A stretch of 64,000 bases of DNA from the human T2T-CHM13v2.0 reference genome, Homo sapiens (GCF_009914755.1 NC_060947.1), one strand, 5' to 3'; numbered from the stretch's first letter, positions 12,803-26,942 are shown. Notes: generated by a model not told the origin, from the letters alone. Program-made: numbers and translations.

Positions 12803-15800
12803 TCCTTCAAAAAATTAATGAATTCAGGAGCTGGGTTTTTTAAATAAAATAGTTTAATAAAGTAGATACACCACTAGCTAGACTAACGAAAAAGTAAAGA
12901 GAGAAAAATCAAATAGACACAATAAAAAAAAAATGAGACATCACCACTGACACCACAGAAATAAAAAAAAAGATAAGAGAATACAATAAACCCCTATATG
13001 CAAATTAACTAGAAAATACAGAAGAAATGAGTAAATTCCTGGAAACATACACCCTCCCAAGACTGAACCAAGAAGTTGAATCCCTGACTACAACAATAAC
13101 ACATCCTAAAATTGAGGCAGTAATAAATAGCCTGCCAACCAAAAAAGCCAGAAGCAGATGGATTTACAGCTGAATTCTACCACAGGTACAAAGGCTGTAC
13201 TGGTACTATTTCTTCTGAAACTATTCCATACAATTGAAAAGGAGGCACTCCTCCGTAAGTCATTTTATGAGGCTAGCATCATTCTCATAACAACACTTGG
13301 CACACATACAACAAAAAAAAGAAAACTTCAGGCCAATATCCCTGAGAAACATTGATGCAAAAATCCTCAATAAAATACTGGCAAACCGAATCCAGCAACA
13401 CATCAAAAAGCTAATCCACCATGATGACGTCGGCTGTATCTCCAGGATGCAAGGCTAGTTCATCATAGGCAAATCAATAACTGTAATTTATCACATAAAC
13501 AAAACTAAAGACAAAAAAAGATAATCTCAATAGATGCAGAAAAGGTCTTTGCTAAAATTTAACATCCCTTCATGTTAAAAACTTCCAATAAACTGGGTAT
13601 TGAAGGAACATACATCAAAATAATAAGAGCAATTTATGACAAATCTACAGGTAACATCACACTGAATGAGCAAAAGCTACAAACATTCCCCTTGAAAACC
13701 AGCACAAGACAAGGATGCCCTCTCTCACTCTCAGCAGTCTGATTAAACATAGTATTAAATGTTCTGGCCAGGACAATAAGCCAAGAGAAAGAAATACACT
13801 GTATTCAAGTAGGAAGAGAGGAAGTCGAATTATCTCTGTTTGCAGATGACATGATCCTATATCTAGAAAACCCCATAGTCTCAGCCCAAAAGCTTCTTAA
13901 GCTGATACACAACTTCAGCAAAGTCTCAGGATACAAAGTCCATGTGCAAAAATCACAAGCATTCATATACACCAACAACAGACAAGCAGAGAGCACAGTC
14001 ATGAATGAACTCCCATTCACAATTGATACAAATTGAATAAAATACCTAGGAATACAGCTAACAAGGGATGTAAAGGAACTCTTCAAGAAGAACTACAAAC
14101 CACTGCTCAAGGAAATCAGAGAGGACACAGATAAATGGAAGAACATTCCATGCTCATGGATAGGAAGAATCAATATCGTGAAAATGGACATACTGCTCAA
14201 AGTAATTTATAGATTCAATGCTATCCCCATCAAGCTACCATTGACTTTCTTCACAGAATTAGAAAAAAAACTATTTTATAACTCATATAACCCAAAAAGA
14301 GCACATATAGCCAATACAATCCTAAGCAAAACAACAAAGCTGTAGGCATCATGCTACCTAACTTCAAACTACACTACAAGGCTACAGTAACCAAAACAGC
14401 ATATGACTGGTACAAAAACTGACACATAAACCAATGGAACAGAATTGAAAACTCAGAAATGGGACCACACATATAAAAACATTTGATCTTTGACAAACCT
14501 GACAAAAACAAGCAATGGTGAAATGATTTCCTATTTAATAAATGGTGCTGGGAGCACTGGCTAGAAATATGCAGAAAATTGAAACTGGACCCCTTCCTTA
14601 CACCTTATACAAAAATTAACTCAAGATGGGTTGAAGAATTAAATGTAAAACCTAAAACTATAAAAACCCTAGAGGGAAATATAGGCAATGCCATTCAGGA
14701 TATGGGCACAGGCAGAGATTTTACGACGAAAACGTCAAAAGCATCTGCAACAAAAGCAAAAAATGACAAATGAAATCTAATTAAAGAGCTTCAGCACATC
14801 AAAAGAAACTACCATTGGATGCAAACAGAAACTATCTTTAGATGCAAACAACCTAGAGAATGGGAAAAAATTATAATCTATCTATCTGACAAAAGTCTAA
14901 TATCCAGAACTTAAAGGAACTTAAAGAAATTTACAAGAAAAAAACAAACAACCCCATCAAAAAGTGAGCAAAGGACATGAACAGACACTTTTCTGAAAAG
15001 AAGACATTTATGTGGCCAAGAAACATATGAAAAAAAAAAGCTCAACATCACTGATCATTAGAGAAATGCAAATCAAAACCATAATGAGATACCATCACAA
15101 TCACTCGCCAGTCAGAATGGTGATTATTAAAAAGTCAAGAAACAACAGATGCTGGCGAGACTGCAGATAAATAGGAACACTTTTACACTGTTGGTGGTAA
15201 TGTAAATTAGTTCAGCCATTGTGGAAGACAGGGTGGTGATTCCTGAAAGTCCTAGAACTAGAAACACCATTTGATCCAGCAATTCTCTTACTGGTTATAT
15301 ACCCTAAGGAATATAAATCATTGTATTATAAAGATACATGAACATGTATGTTCATTACAGCACCCTTCACAATAGCAACAAAAAATGGAATCAAACCAAA
15401 TGCCCATCAATAATAGACTGGATAAAGAAAATGTGGTACATATACACCATGGAATATTATGCAATCATAAAATGAATGAGATCATGTCCTTTGCAGGGAC
15501 ATGGATGGAGCTGAAAGCCATTATTCTCAGCAAACTAATGCAGGAACAGTAAATCAAACACCGCATGTTCCCACTTACAAGTAGGAGCTGAACAATGTGA
15601 AGCCATAGACACAGGGAGGAAAGCAATGCACACTGGGGCCTGTTGGGGGTGTGGAGAGAGTGAGAGTATCAGGAAAAAGAGAGAATGTATGCTGGGCTTA
15701 ATACCTAGGTGATGGGTTGATAGATGCATCAAATCACCATAGCACATGTTTACCTATGTAACCTGTACATCCTGCACATGTATCCTGAAACTCAAAATAA
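9408..15800 (+). mobile_element. Full-length (~6.4 kb) decayed L1PA10-12-like element
   Basis: 5'UTR start aagatgtctgactagaagcagc. ORF1 piece MLRAAREKGQVTYKGKPIRLTADL. RT region tttgcagatgacatg (FADDM) at ~13840. TSD aaaactacactacaggg (9391-9407) / aataatacactacaggg (15801-15817). Confidence 0.92.
12755..12800. repeat. (CA)23 microsatellite
   Basis: Perfect CA run inside L1 ORF2. Confidence 0.95.
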
Positions 15801-17223
15801 AATAATACACTACAGGGCTAACTTAACCAAAACAACATGGTACTGATACAGAAACATAAACATAGAAAAATGGAACAGAAAGGATAGCCCAGGAATAAGA
15901 CTGCACACCTACAACCATCTCATCTTTGACAAAGCTGACAAAAAGAAGCAATGGGGAAAGGATTCACTATTCAACAAATGGTACTGGGATAACTGGTTAC
16001 CCATATGCAGAAGATTTAAACTGGACCCTTTCCTTACACCACATACAAAAATCAACTCAAGATGGATTAAAAACTTAAATGTAATATTCAAAACTATAAA
16101 AGCTCTGGAAGAAAACCTAGGCAATACCATTCTAAACATGGGCCCAGGCAAAGATTTTATGACAGACTTTAAAAACAATTGCAACAAAAGCAAAAATTGA
16201 CAAATAGAATCTAATTAAACTTAAGAGCTTCTGCACAGCAAAATAAACTATCAGAAGAATAAACAGACAACCTACAGAATGGAAGAAAATATTCACAAAC
16301 TATGCATCTGAAAAAATGTCTAAAATCTCGATTCTATAAAGAACTTAAATAAATTTACAAGAAAAAAACCCTTTAAAAAGTAAGCAGAGGAGATGAACAG
16401 ACACTTTTCAAAAGGAGATCTACAGGCAGTCAACAAGTATATTAAAACGCTCAATATCAATATCACTGATTATTATTAGAGAAATGCAAATTTCTCTAAA
16501 ACCACTATGAGATTCCATCTCACACCAATAAGAATGGTAATTATTAAAAAGCCAAAAATAACAGATTCTGGTTACGTTGTGGAGAAAAGGAACGCTTATA
16601 CACTGTTGGTTGGATTGTAAATTAGCTCAGCCATTGTGGAAAGCAGTGTGATGATTCCTCAAGAGCCAAAAACAGAACTACCATTCAATCTAGCAACCCC
16701 ATTACTGGGTACATACCTAGAGGAATATAAATTATTCTACTGTAAAGACACATGGATGAGATTGTTCACTGCAACACTATTCAGAATTTCAATAATGTGG
16801 AATCAACCTACGTGCCCACAAATGACAGACTGGATAAAGGAAATATGGTACATAGACACCATGGAATACTATGCAGTCATAAAAAGAATGAGATCATGTC
16901 TTTTGTGGGAACATGGATGGAGCTGGAGGCCATTATCCTTAGCAAACTAACACTGGAACAGAAAACCAAATACCATAAGTTCTCACTTAGAAGTGACAGC
17001 TAATGATGAAAACTCATGGATACAAAGAAGGAAACAACAGAAACTGAGGCCTACATGAGGGAGGAGGGTAAGAAAAGGGAGAGGAGCAGGAAAAAATACC
17101 TACCGGGTACTAGAATTAGCACCTAGGCAATAAAATAATGCGTACACCAAACCCCCTTGACACAAGTTTACCTACATGAAAAACATTTACGTGTACTCCT
17201 GAACCTAAAATAAGAGTAAAAAA
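15801..17223 (+). mobile_element. 3' part of the L1PA15/16-like element begun at 5869
   Basis: ORF2 resumes where it stopped (tacagggcta...aaccaaaacaacatggtactg) and ends cctgaacctaaaataagagtaaaaa. Confidence 0.87.
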
Positions 17224-19023
17224 CTTCCAAATTGGAAAATAAAAAGTTAATTTATTTCTATTTTCAGATGAAATTTTTTTCGGTAGAGAAAATCCCAAAG
17301 AACACACAGTAAAGTTACTAGAGCTAATAAATGAGTACAGCAAAGTTGCAGAATACAAGGTCAATAAACTAAAATCAATTGTGTTTTTAGAATACCGCAA
17401 TGAACAATCTGAAAATAAAATTTTAAATTCCATTTACAATTATCTATTATAATAGAATAATCCTTACTTACGATTTTTACCAAGTAGATAAAAGATGTAT
17501 ACACTGAAAACTAGAAAACCTTGCTAAAATAAATTTCAAAAGGCTTAAATAAAGGGAAAGGCATCCTGTAAACATGGATAGGGAGATGTAATATTTTCTA
17601 TATGCCAACACTACTCAAAGTGACCTACAGATTCAATGCAATCCCTATAAAAAATTCCTACTTTTTTTCAGAAATGGAAAAGCTGATCATCAAACTCATA
17701 TGGAATTACAAAAGGCTCAAATAGACAAAAACAATCTTGAAAAAGAAGAACAAAGGCAGAAGTCACACTATTCCACATTTCAAAATTTAATATAAATACC
17801 TACAGTAATCAAAACAGTGATTACAGGCATGAGGATAGTAATATAAACAAATATAATAAAATTGAGAATACAGAAATAAACCAGTACATCAATGTGCAAA
17901 TGAATTTTTAACTGAATGACAAGTGCATTTGATAAGAAAACAATAGTCTTTTCAACAAATGATGCTGGCATAACTATATTTTATACACAAAAGAATGATG
18001 TACTTCGACCTCACACAGCATAAAAAACTGAAAATGGATAAATTCAGAACCTACAAGGAACTTAAACAAATTTACAAGAAAAAAACAAACAACCCCGTCA
18101 AAAATCTGGTGAAGGATATGAACAGACACTTCTCAAAAGAAGACATTTATGCAGCCAACAAACATATGAAAAAGAGCTCATCATCACTGGTCATTAGAGA
18201 AATACAAATCAAAACCACAATGAGATACCATCTCATGCTAGTTAGAATGGTGATCATTAAAAAGTCAGGAAACAACAGATGCTGGATAGGATGTGGAGAA
18301 ATAGGAACACTTTTACACTGTTGGTGGGAGTGTAAATTAGTTCAACCATTGTGGAAGACAGTGTGGCAATTCCTCAAGGATCTAGAACCAGAAATACCAC
18401 TTGACCCAGCAATCCCATTACTGGGTATATAACCAAAGGATTATAAATCATTCTACTATAAAGACACATGCACACGTATGTTTATTGCAGCACTATTCAC
18501 AATAGCAAAGACTTGGAACCAACCCAAATGTCCATCAATGATAGACTGGATAATGAAAATGTGGCACATATACACCATGGAATACTATGCAGCAATAAAA
18601 AAAGATGAGTTCATGTCCTTTTCAGTGACATAGATGAAGCTGGAAACCATCATTCTCAGCAAACTAATGCAGGAACAGAAAACCAAACACCACATGTTCT
18701 CAACTCATGAGTGGGAGTTGAACAATGCGAACACATGGACACAAGGAGGGGAACATCACACACCAGCGTTTGTCAGGGGGTGGGGGCTAGGGGAGGGATA
18801 ACATTAGGAGAAATACCTAATGTAGATGACGGGTTGATGGGTGCAGCAAGCCACCATGGAACGTTTATACCTATGTAACAAACCTGCAGGTTCTGCACAT
18901 GCATACCAGAACTTAAAGTATAATTTTAAAAATGGGTAATTTACCTAAATATGAGTTAAAAACAAAAATTTTAGAAAAAAAACAATAGGGGTAAATATAT
19001 ATGACCTTGCATTTAGCAATAGA
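17224..19023 (+). mobile_element. Older L1M ORF2 fragment, split by an L1PA 3' end
   Basis: Diverged ORF2 sequence (agagctaataaatgagtacagcaaagttgcag, agattcaatgcaatccc); resumes after ~18929. Confidence 0.75.
18045..18928 (+). mobile_element. 5'-truncated L1PA7-like insertion
   Basis: ORF2 C-terminus ([27 protein letters not shown]) plus 3'UTR. Probable TSD aaaatggataaatt (18031-18044) / aaaatgggtaattt (18929-18942). Confidence 0.87.
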
Positions 19024-20045
19024 TTTTTTTAATTTTTAAATTTTTGTGAATACATAGTAGGTATTCATATATTTAAAAGATACATGAGATGTTTTTATCC
19101 AGTCATGTAATATTTAATAATAACACTACTGAAAATGGGATATTCATCACTTCAGCACTGATCCTTTGTGTTACAAACAATCCAATTATACTCTTTTAGT
19201 TGTCTTAAAATTTACAATTAAATTATTATTGACCATAGTCACTCCGTTGCACTATTAAATATGAGGTATTCCTCATTTGTTCCTATTAACCACCTCCAAC
19301 TCACTCCCACATCCCCACTACCCTTCACAGCATCTAGTAACAATTCTTCTACTTTCCATATCTATGAGTTCAATTTTTAAATTTTCACATCTCACAGATA
19401 AGTGGGAAACATGAAATGTTTGTCTTTATCAGTCTGACTTATTTTACTTAACATAATGACTTCCAATTTTATCCATGTTGTTGAAAAAGACAGGATCTCA
19501 ATTTTTTATGCCTGAATAGTACACCATTGTGTATAGATACCACACGTTCTTTATCCATTCATCTGCTGATGGACGCTTAGGTTGCTTCCAATTTTTGGCT
19601 ATTGTGAATAGCGCTGCCACAAACAGGAGTACAGCTATCTCTTTGATATATTGATTTCCTTTTTTTTCCCTTTAGTATATACCCTGCAGTGGCATTGCTG
19701 GATTGTATGGTAGCTCTACTTTTAGTTATTTGAGGAACCTGCAAACTGTTCTTCATAGTGGTTGTACTAATTTACATTCCCACCAACAGTGTGCAAGGGT
19801 TCCCTTTTCTCTACATCCTTGCCAACATTTGTTATTGCCTGTCATTTAGATATAAGCCATTTTAACTGGGATGAGATGATATCTCATTGTAATTTTGATT
19901 TGTATTACTCTGATGATCAATGATGCTGAGCACCATTACATATGCCTGTTTTCCATTTGTATGTCCTCTTTTGAGAAATATCTATTAAAGTCTTTTGCCC
20001 ATTTTATAATCAAAGTTTTCCATTTTTTCCTATACAGTTTATGAA
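19024..20045 (-). mobile_element. L1MA (L1MA2-4-like) 3' end
   Basis: tttttgtgaatacatagtagg...atacatgagatgtttt; tgtgttacaaacaatccaattatactc. Confidence 0.8.
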
Positions 20046-20210
20046 CATCTTTGACAAAAAAATCTAACAGACTATCAGACCAGAAAAAAATACTAATTTG
20101 AGTTATTTATGCAGAAAGATGTTGATCCTTGATGAGAGAAGCACAGAGATGTAAGAAACAACAGGAATGGAGGGGATAAATATGTGGTAAAATCTCAAAA
20201 AATCAAATGT

Positions 20211-20885
20211 AAAAAAAAACAAAAATATTTTGTCATGGATGTGATGAAAAGGGAACACTTTTACATTGCTAGGGGGGATGCAAACTAGTGCAACCATTAT
20301 GGAAAACAGTATGGAGATTTCTTAAAGAACTAAAAGTAGAACGACAGTTTGATTCAGCAATCCCACTACTGGGTATCTACCCAGAGAAAAAGAAGTCATT
20401 TTACGAAAAAGACACTTGTACACACATGTTTATAGCAGCGCAATTTGCAATTGCAAAAACATAGAACCAGCCTAAATGTCCATCAACCAATGAGTGGACA
20501 AACAAAATATGATATATACACACTATGGGATACTACTCAGCCATAAAAAATAATGAAATTTGCAGCAACCTGGATGGAATTGGAGACCATTCTTCTAAGT
20601 GAAGTAACTGAGGAATGGAAAGCCAAATATCATATGATCTCACTGTTAAGTGGAAGCTAACAGGATGCAACGGCATAAGAATGATATAATGGACTTTGGG
20701 GACTTGTGGGGAATGGTGAGAGTAGGGTGAAAAATAAGAGACTACACATTGGGTACAGCATACACTGCTCAGGTGATGGGTGCACAAAAATCCCAGATAT
20801 CACTACTAAGGAACTTATCCATTTAACCAAAAACCACCTGTTCCCCAAAAATTATTGAAATAAAATATAATTAAATTTTAAAAAT
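20211..20885 (+). mobile_element. L1PB 3' end
   Basis: atggaattggagaccattcttctaagtgaagtaactgagg; tacactgctcaggtgatgggtgcac. Confidence 0.85.
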
Positions 20886-21791
20886 CCAATGACTAAAAAA
20901 CAGAGAACCAAACACATGGCACAGTACCATAACAGAGAAGACGGGGATGAATAGAATTGAAATGTTTTACACATCTTTGCATTTTGAAACTCAAAGTCAC
21001 CTGTTTTAATATCTAGGGTATAACTCCTAGAACACTAGTAAAATGACTTGTAATTAAAAAGATAACAGAGGGAGAAAAATGGAATAATAAAAATGCTTAA
21101 TCTGAAAGAAGGCAACAAAGGAAAAGAAGATAAATGTATATAGTATGTGGAGCAAATAGAAAGCTAATGGTAATATGGTATGTATAATCCCCAATATATT
21201 AGTAACTACATTAAATATAAATACACTAAAACTTTAATTAGAACACAAAAATAGGTAGGATTTTTAAGTAACTTTTTTTGTGGATTACAAGATACGTAGC
21301 TTAAATACAGGGCTACCAAAGGATTGGAAGCAAAGGGATGAAAGAAGATATGCCATACAAGTAGAATTTTTCAAACTTGGTGTAATTATACATATATATA
21401 TATATACACACACACATATATATGATGTATATTTTAAAGCAAGAAACATTATAATAAGACAGTAAGAAGAAATCACCATGAGAATCTGAAAATATTTCAT
21501 TCTGAATGATAAAAATATGACGTAGTAAACATGTCAGGCAGTTTTATTTGTACATAGAGGGGATTCATAGCTATTAATGTATTCACTGGAAAAGAAGAGT
21601 TGAAAATTAATGATCTAAGCAATCAACTCAATATGTTTGTATGATAATAAGAACTAAATCCAAATTAAATGCAGCAAGAAAAACATAATTAAGATTAATT
21701 CAGAAATTAATGAAATATAAAGTAATGTAATAGAAAACTATGAAGAGGATTAAAAAGACAAATTTTATTTTTTAAAAAAGTAATAATAGTA

Positions 21792-22158
<367 letters not shown>

Positions 22159-22334
22159 TCAAAAATGAAAAGGAAGACACTGCTAGAGATCTTGCATTCA
22201 TAAAGTTGTTCATAATATTCTTTTATCCCTTTTATGCCAAAAATTGGCAATGTACATGAAATAAAAAACTTCCAAAAAAATTATGAAAATTGGCATACAC
22301 AATAAAAGAAAATTTGAATTGGCATGTGTATTAA

Positions 22335-22672
22335 TGTCTTCCTCCTTGAGTGTCCTGTCTGCACCAATAAACATTGACATCACCTGAGATCTTGTTAGAA
22401 GGGCAGATGCTTAGGTCCCACACCAATCTACTAAATCAGTATCTAAATTTTAACAAGCATAAAAACACTTCTCTAAGAGCTCCTACTTTAGAGAGCATGA
22501 CTGACAATCAGCCCCAGTTGCTACACACCGAAAGCAATCACCCTTTAAAAGTTGAGGTCATGTTTCTCAGGAGCTTCTCCCAGCCAATGACTCAAAATAA
22601 CAGTGTTATACTAATGCAAGTCCATTAGTAACACTGTTGATCTATATACACATCAATCTTAAGGAAATACTA
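22335..22672. mobile_element. MER5A1-like hAT MITE, split by an inserted inverted duplication
   Basis: First part catcacctgagatcttgttagaa...ctactaaatcagtatctaaattttaacaag. Last part tgatctatatacacatcaatcttaaggaaatact resembles the recalled consensus end tgattcgtatgcacattaaagtttgagaagcactg. Confidence 0.7.
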
Positions 22673-23028
22673 TATTAAATAAATCTAATTCATTAATTAT
22701 ATATCCCCACAGAAAGATACATTTGCCAAGATAACTTTATTTATGAATCATTTAAAACACTGAAGAAATAGATAGTGCTAACCCTCTACAAACTCTGCCA
22801 GATCATAGAAAATGGGAGAGCACTTTCCAGCTAATATTATGAAACCAGTGTAACTTTGAGGAATGGACTTGCTTGCATTAGTAACACTGTTATTTTGAGT
22901 CATTGGCTGGGAGAAGCTCCTGAGAAACATGACCTCAACTTTTAAAGGGTGACTGCTTTCGGAGTGTAGCAACTGGGGCTGATTGTCAGTCATGCTCTCT
23001 AAAGTAGGAGCTCTTAGAGAAGTGTTTT
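22462..23028. repeat. Inverted repeat, arms 22462-22626 and 22862-23028, spacer ~235 bp
   Basis: Arms align by eye with 2 substitutions and 2 small indels. The ORF track shows near-identical peptides on opposite strands (MTDNQPQLLH[T/S]ES[N/S]HPLKVEV). Confidence 0.97.
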
Positions 23029-24339
23029 GATGTTTGCCATTGAGTGGCTATAGGCAAAGACAATATTGTCCTCAGAGACTAAGGGCTTCACTTTGCATCT
23101 ACCACAGTGAACCATTAATGTTAAAACGTTGTCATATAAAGATTGAATATTAACCTTCTTTCTTGATAACAGATATGTCCTTTGAAGTGGTCAATTAACC
23201 TCCTCTAGAACCCTGATTTTTCAGAAATCCTTGGCTTTAGCAATTCTATTTAACTGATAGGATCAGGAGCTAGAAATCAGTGCTATTTCCCCTCATACAC
23301 ATTCAATAGTGTGGCTCTGCTGAATCAGCCTTGGGCAGGAAAAGGGAAGTAGAAGTAGAATAAACCTCTTTGTTGAAATAAAATACAATATTTCTCAGGT
23401 CCATTAGTGTCATTGACTGTCAAAGAGGTTCCCGGAATGTAAATAACCTACATTATAGCTACCTATTCCTGCCATAACTTTGTTATCCTCTACACATGCC
23501 TTGTGGAATTTGTGTTCAATCTAATGCCTTTTTTTCGCCTTCCAATTCTGGGTTTACCTTGGGTTGGTTCTTTGGATAGTGTCTCAAGCTTAGTCAAGGA
23601 GAATTTCTCTGGGTCACTTTCCACATAAGCATAAAGCACTTTATCTTTACTCTTGGTCAAAAAATATTAGGGAAAGAAACTGACTGGAACGTGTTCCAGT
23701 TGGACATATGGTACAATTTTTTTCTTATGTGTCTAGTAATGATTTTTCTCCATACGAGATATACCTGAATATGTAAGCACCATAATCAAAATATACCCAA
23801 TAAATCAGAAAAAACAGAATTATAAAAATACCTAATAAGTGTGGAAATTGTCAGTTCCTCTCATTTTGAGAGAAACATCTGACATCATTTTTCAATAACA
23901 TCTGAAAGGTATGAATCAGACCCTAGATATTTTCTGAGCATTTTTATAAACCTAATAGATTGTAAAGACAGCGTCAATAAGCAATAACAGCAGCAGTATA
24001 CCCTAGATTTGTTGGCAGTAAAAACTTACCAACCCAGTTTATTATTGTCTATAGTACTGTGTGTCAAAAAGTTGGAAATGGATAAGCAATTCAGTTATAA
24101 TGGGGAATATGACTTAGCCTGGTAAGACTTCACATCTGTATTGGATAAAATACTTCATTGGGAAGAAAAAAGCCAGAGTCTAGAATTATTTCCGTTTTGG
24201 GTTTTACATACCTAATTAATTCTCAATAATTTCTTAACTATTATGCCCTCTCAGTTTTCTTACTTATAAATGAAAATATCATTATCAACAGTAGAGGCTT
24301 TAGGGAAAGCTGTGAAGTAGAAGTACGCCATTTCGGCTA

Positions 24340-24500
24340 GAAGGGACCTAAGAAATTAGGTAGTCATTTAACAGATGAAGAAACTGAATTTCAGAAGTAA
24401 AGTGATTTGTTCAAGGTCTGGAAGGTTGTAAATTGCAAAGCAAGTAGTAGAGGCCAGGTGTTTTGAGTACAACTTACAATACAGTGCTCTTCCCTACCAC
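24340..24500 (-). mobile_element. MIR fragment
   Basis: catttaacagatgaagaaactgaatttcagaagtaaagtgatttgttcaaggt. Confidence 0.65.
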
Positions 24501-26942
24501 CAGGTAAGTAATTTGTCATCATTTTCTTCCTTTTGAAACCCTCTATGTAATTGTAAACCTTCATCTTAGGTACCGCCCTAGCTTCACAGAGCTTCCCAAG
24601 GAAGCACATCACCTAAACATGCTCCGATTGTGCAGAAAGCAAGACACAATTATTTTGTTTTGTAATCTGTCCTTGTACTTATCTCTTCCCCTTTCAATTA
24701 AAATTTTCTGATGCCCCAACAACTTTGGGCTCTTCATTTCAATTCCAAAATAAAATTGGTAATCTGAAACAATCTAATATTGTTCTAAAAAAAGGAATTT
24801 AATCCAAAGAAATTACTCCAAGGAAATAAGTTTTGAGGCAAGCCACTGGGAAAGACATCTTAGAGTAGGTGGGTTTTGTGAAATTCCAGTAATGACTATA
24901 TGCAGTATCCCCTTTCTCATTTTCCTTGACATATTCAATCCATATTGTTCTGCCTAGCTCAATCAAAATTATTTTTTTATTTCTTATTCTTAATCCTTTT
25001 CTCTAACAAGCAATTTCTTTTGAGAAATCTATTAATCATTTATATAACAGTTCTGCGTGGTCTATTTAAGTGTTTTAACAACATTAATATCTTCTATATA
25101 ATGAGAGATCGCTTATATTTTTGTCACAATGATTGATATTACCATAGGGAAAGTTGGTTTTGTTTTCAATGATTATTTGAATGCAAGTTTTGTATATAGT
25201 GAGTTACCACAACCTTGATGGCTATTTACTCAATAAGATAATAGTGCTGTCATCGAATACATGTTTATACAAATATTTAAGTAGATTTTATTTGCATTCA
25301 TTTTTAAATGCTATTTCAAATTATCTTCTGAATCCTTTCTAGCGATTGAATAACATTATGTAGAAAAAGCTTTGCACAGCCTCCATAAAATCTGTTCTGT
25401 TTGGTTTATTTGGGAGTAAAATATTTCCCATGAACATCTTGAAACAGTTTTAATCTCTTCACTCTTCCCAATTCATAAGGTTACGTAGCTTTAGCTCCAA
25501 CTTTATCATGCATAGCAAATAATTTCATTCCATTCTGACTCCATTTCAGACATAGTAAACAATACCAAAACTCAGATGTTCTTTGATTTCTGTTTTTCTT
25601 TTTTCTCTCCCAAGGGTTTTATTTTTAAGTGAGGAAAGGCTAAATTACAAAGTCTTTTTTTCTCTCAAGGCTAAATTATTTTTTTAATAAAATAATTAAA
25701 AGCTACTCTTATTGTGCCATTACATTACCTCCTTTTTTTCCTTCTCCTCTCTGAAGTCTTGCTCCTTCTCTCTCCCCTTTCTCATTTCTCCTAACATTCA
25801 CCAATATTACCACAATAGTTCTGAAAACATTTACAAAATGTTTAGATACTTAGAAAATTTAGAGATGCCTAGATCTCCATTCAGTCATTGCAAACACAAA
25901 TTCAGAGCAGCCTTGAAATAAGAATAATAATATCTGGTAAATTATTTGAAGATCACATAGCTTCGCTTATCTTTCCATAGCACTAAATCAGTGTGATATC
26001 TTCAAAGAGCTATAATTTAGGATTCAAAATTATGGAAATATGTAGAGTTTAGAAGAAGAGTAAATCATAAAATTTCTTTTTTTCTTTTTCACTTCTATAA
26101 ATGTAGAAAATAACTTGTTGGGACCTGCTCCTGACAAAGACTTTTCACTCTGTACTGGAAAGTGTTGACACCATACTCTCCCATTCTACTTCTAATTTCC
26201 CATTTCCATAACCATTATTTTTTTTTATTGTTTACTTCAACTATAGCTTTAACATGTTAATGCAGTCAGTAAAATAATCAGAGACCAGTTTCTTCTAGGT
26301 AGTAATTGGTTTGTTAGTTTAATCCATGCAGAGGTTAGAAAAGAAGTTTCAGTTTCAAAAAGCTAGAACACAGGGGAAACAACACATGATAAACAATCCT
26401 GGAATCTGCAAGGTAAAAAAAAAAAAAGACTAGAAAGAAATGTATTTATCAAAGCAAAAGGAAGAGCTAGGTCAATAGGGTTTGATGACAGCCATTTCAA
26501 AAATATCAACAGAACCAAGTTTCTGGCTGTGCAGATAAGCACAATCATCACAGAGCCTAAAGAGGAAATTCTAAGTCTCTAGGAAGAAAGTGTAAGAAGT
26601 GAAAAAAGCTAATCGGAAGCCATAGTTCTTGATCAATCAATCTTCATGTTGGCCTTGAAGAACTAAGAGAGCTTGATCAAAAATATTCTCTCATGTGATT
26701 TCCTGAAAAGAAGATCTGCAACTAAAAGATTTCAAACTTCCTTGGTGTCTCTGTTGAGCAAGAAAAATTAAAAACAGGCTAATAGTTGGATCAATCAGTC
26801 ATCTGTGAAGGGCAACACACTCTTCACAAAAAGAGGTCAAGACCTCTACAGCAGTAATCCTGAAATCATAAGGTGCTAATACAGCTGTAGAGCTAATACA
26901 GCCTGCTTTCTATGTCCCACCCCAAAGGACCTGAATCGCTAC

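Noticed and set aside
14804-14849. 23-bp imperfect tandem duplication in L1 ORF2
   Set aside because: Real but diverged (3 mismatches); ordinary slippage in a dead element.
9408-15800. Retrotransposition-competent L1
   Set aside because: ORF1 and ORF2 are broken into many short frames by stops and frameshifts, and a (CA)23 run sits in ORF2.
17995-18432. 145-aa ORF as a host gene
   Set aside because: It is the L1 ORF2 cysteine-rich C-terminus of a truncated L1PA.
22374-22993. Two paralogous small proteins (MTDNQPQLL...) on opposite strands
   Set aside because: They are a by-product of the inverted duplication. No promoter, splice or family evidence supports them.
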